Shown piece after piece: positions 61,203 to 64,000 of a stretch of DNA of 64,000 nt. The first letter of the stretch is position 1. Each line of letters starts with the position of its first letter. A program made the position numbers and the translations under genes. Source of the DNA: Leidyana gryllorum EB-2025a (lineage: Eukaryota; Protista; Apicomplexa); contig JBLWGC010000230.1 of NCBI GenBank assembly GCA_048772705.1, forward strand, positions 1,364,001 through 1,428,000, in the 5' to 3' direction. Under the pieces are notes generated by a model. That model worked only from the letters and a program-made list of their open reading frames with translations. It had not been told where the DNA came from and ran no database searches.

Positions 61203-63559
61203 ATGCTGAGCCGTCTGTACAATGTGTTCACGTCATATGTAGGGGGGGCGAAGGAAAACGAATCTTTTACAGCAGAACCCAAACCACGAGAGGTCCACCG
61301 TATCGTCTGCCAACCTCGTCCGCCATCCGTGGTTCCTCCCTATCAGCCTGTACGCCAATATGAGACCTCACCAATACAAGTGGTGCGGCGGCAACCACCA
61401 CCCACAATGGGGCCCAATGCGGACGGAGTGATGCGCGGTATGCGCCGGATAGATCCTGCCCCCCCAGAACGGGATGTGCTCACCCCGACCATAAACCTCA
61501 AGACTAACGAAGGCCCACCTCCTCCCCCAACAATTCCAGTGGCCCCCGTGGAGCCCGCAGAAGAACCCACCGCTCCCGAGGTTGAGAAACCTCCGTCACC
61601 TCCTCGCACGTATGTGGGAATGATTCCCGACCTCTTGCAGTTTGAGATGACGTTCGTCTTGTCTGCCGCTCCACAGCCTGGAGATGGGGAACCCAGTCCG
61701 AACATTATCAAACCGCCACATAAAGATGTCAGTGTCAATATGATCCGACGACAAACTAAGAGTTCCGGATTCCGCGAATTGCACAAGTTTCTCGATGACG
61801 CAGTGCTGCAAATGTCACCCATGCATCGGAGAACCAAACTCCCAACGGGTCGTGTGCTCGTCACTCGCAATGAAAACATCCCCGCCGACGACGCTGGGGA
61901 AGATCTCAGCAAAACTATAAGGTGAGTCTGCTGCAACGGTGCCGACTCCTACGAGTGCCTCCCGTAGAATGTGTCTGAAAGAGGTGCGACGAGTAGAATG
62001 GCAGCGACACTTACGACGAGGCGTTCTCGAGGCCGAAGAGAAGGCGAAACAGGAAGCAGAGGACGCCAAGAGGATCAAAGAAGAAGCGGAACTCAAGGCT
62101 CGCGAGGAGGCCAAGAAGAAGGCGGAAGAGGAGGAGGCCAAGAAGAAGGCGGAAGAGGAAGAGGCCAAACGCAAGGAAGCGGAGGAAGCTGAGGCTAAGA
62201 AAAAGGCAGAGGCCGCTCCAGTGCCTCCTGAAACCTCTCCTTCCATTCCCGTGACAGCAGCGAAGCCTTCAACCGAAGACAACGCTCCGGCTCCTGCTCC
62301 GGCTGCTGCTCCGGCTCCTGCTCCCGCTCCCGCTCCCGTCGCATCACCAGTGGCCGCAGCACCCAAAACTCCTACCGCAGTCGAGTTGGCAGCCCGATCG
62401 AGGCCACAATACTTGGTGGAGGGACTCATTCTAAGACGGTTCGTCTTAGACTTCGCGGACTCGCAATGGTATAAGGATGTCACGAGCCCAACTGCGCCGC
62501 CTGAGGTCATTGAGCTCAGACGCAAAATGAATATGTGTTGCAAATCCACAGTGAACCGAATCGGCAAAACCATACAAGGGCTGAAGAACGCGGCCCAAAA
62601 GTTCACTGCTGATGTCATGCAACTCTCTGTTATACACCCTCCCAGCTTGGTTGAACAGGAAGCCAAGATACAGCAACTCATCGAGTTGGGCGGAAATCCT
62701 TTGGTTACATTGAAGCGATGGACGCCCCTATCGATCTACGTGGCATACAACACCGTGGATTTGTTGTTGGACAACTTGAGCACCATAACACGGGGCCGTC
62801 GCGAAGCAATCTGGCCATTGGCCTTCTTCATCCGAGCGTGAGTTCAAAGTGTGCCGTTAAAGTAGGGCTCATCCATCTCACCATCACAGGATCAATAAAG
62901 CTATACCGGAGGGCTTTGACGTCATCTTTAGAGCCACGATGTATCGACGGACTCTATGGGCAATCCCATGGCCAGCTTCGGACAGTGAATTGTCAAGTGC
63001 GGTGTTCTGCTGTGAGAATGACGCTGAGATACGCTGCATCGCTCTGGCCTCTTTCTGCCGTCTATACGCAGCTATCTTGGCTGTCGAGTCCGGTAAGCAC
63101 CACTGATGTGTGCTCATATTGACACGTTCTGTAGGAGGGGAAGCGGCATGGCAGTTCATAGCCCGACTATTCAATGCTTTTGCCCGGCAACTTGGGAACC
63201 CGGCCACAGGATTTGTGCTCGCTGCTGTCCTAGAAACTACAGGATGGCATTTATCGTCGTGGAACCCTGACGCGTTATGCAAGGTGAGTTGGACAGCTGT
63301 ACACGCCTGTTTGATGTTCCTCAGCTATGCCGAACCCTCAAAGACGAATACTTCTCCCCTTTAAAGGAGCATGCCACCCGGTAAGTTGGAATGCAGATAC
63401 TTTTATATTGTTTCCAGTTCGGGTGCTTGGTCTGGTCGGCAGACCGGTTTGGATCTAACAAAATCATTTGTCGAAAGCCTGTTAGCAGCGAACGGCATGG
63501 TTAAAGACCCGCCCGCTGGATATCAGTTGAAACAAGCACAGGAGTCACTAATTGAATAA
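61203..63559 (+). CDS. GLE1: GLE1-like mRNA export factor (Pro-rich N-terminus, EAK coiled coil, helical C-terminal domain), multi-exon
   Basis: Coiled coil followed by AIWPLAF, EAAWQFIARLFN and AAVLETTGWHL, resembling GLE1 C-domain motifs. Confidence 0.65.
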
Positions 63560-63595
63560 GGAAAACCCAGGAGTGCACGTGTGGCACCATCAGGT

Positions 63596-64000
63596 ATGAC
63601 GAGGTTCGGATGCCGTGGATGTCGCCGCGCGCCTCCTGAATCGCCCAAAGAGGTGAAGGAGGAGCCCCAGGTCCTCATAACACAGGTGGATGTGACCACC
63701 ACCCAGCCAGAAATAGCCAACAAAATAACTCGAGCGGAGGAATTCGTTCGTTTGCGCAACAGTCTGTCCGAAACTCAACAATACTATTCACCACTATCAT
63801 CTATCCCAAAGACCCAACAGTCATCAGACGGTCGGACCGTCCCAAGCCATGAAATCAACGAGGTGCTGGAACAGATTTCCGGTGACCTTGTTCAGCCGTC
63901 ACCCAACTCTGTGCCTCCGGTGGCCGCTAGCCGAGTTGTCGAGCAAGCACGCGCACTAGAAAAAGCTGAGCATGGTGAATCTCCAGCACCCACGACCCCA
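63596..64000 (+). CDS. 5' part of a hypothetical protein running off the window
   Basis: ATG at 63596 (MTRFGCRGCRRAPPESPKEVKEEP...), frame open to base 64000. Confidence 0.55.
   Translation, partial: MTRFGCRGCRRAPPESPKEVKEEPQVLITQVDVTTTQPEIANKITRAEEFVRLRNSLSETQQYYSPLSSIPKTQQSSDGRTVPSHEINEVLEQISGDLVQPSPNSVPPVAASRVVEQARALEKAEHGESPAPTTP

Overview
Eukaryotic, very gene-dense genomic DNA with short GT-AG introns (mostly about 37-55 nt, which explains the fragmented ORF track) and the standard genetic code. Sequence features suggest an apicomplexan, probably a gregarine-like protist; this is inference from the acylated MGC-type calpain-7 and the PRP6 GRGATGFAGGVSRDD N-terminus. The first 12.2 kb is an accessory tandem array of 11 minus-strand four-TM membrane-protein genes from two families, arranged A1-A4, B1-B6, A5. 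Two GPI-type, catalytically degenerate GH32 paralogs follow. From 17.8 kb on are housekeeping genes: calpain-7, alkyl-DHAP synthase, a SET-domain protein, PP2A B'', snurportin-1, a giant RCC1 protein, an atypical Arf-like GTPase, ARF1, CWC15, two thioredoxin/PDI-like genes, PRP6, UPF2, WDTC1/DCAF-like and GLE1. The most striking observations are four. (1) One 43-nt segment is an obligatory intron in B1 and B6 but in-frame coding sequence in B2-B5. (2) Every family-B tail has an S/T-R-I-P (EB1-type SxIP) motif, amplified to 2-3 copies by a 75-nt repeat in B5 and B3. (3) Six divergent gene pairs have start codons only 10-40 nt apart. (4) Both surface-type GH32 proteins lack key catalytic acids. 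Gene models were spliced by hand and no database searches were run.
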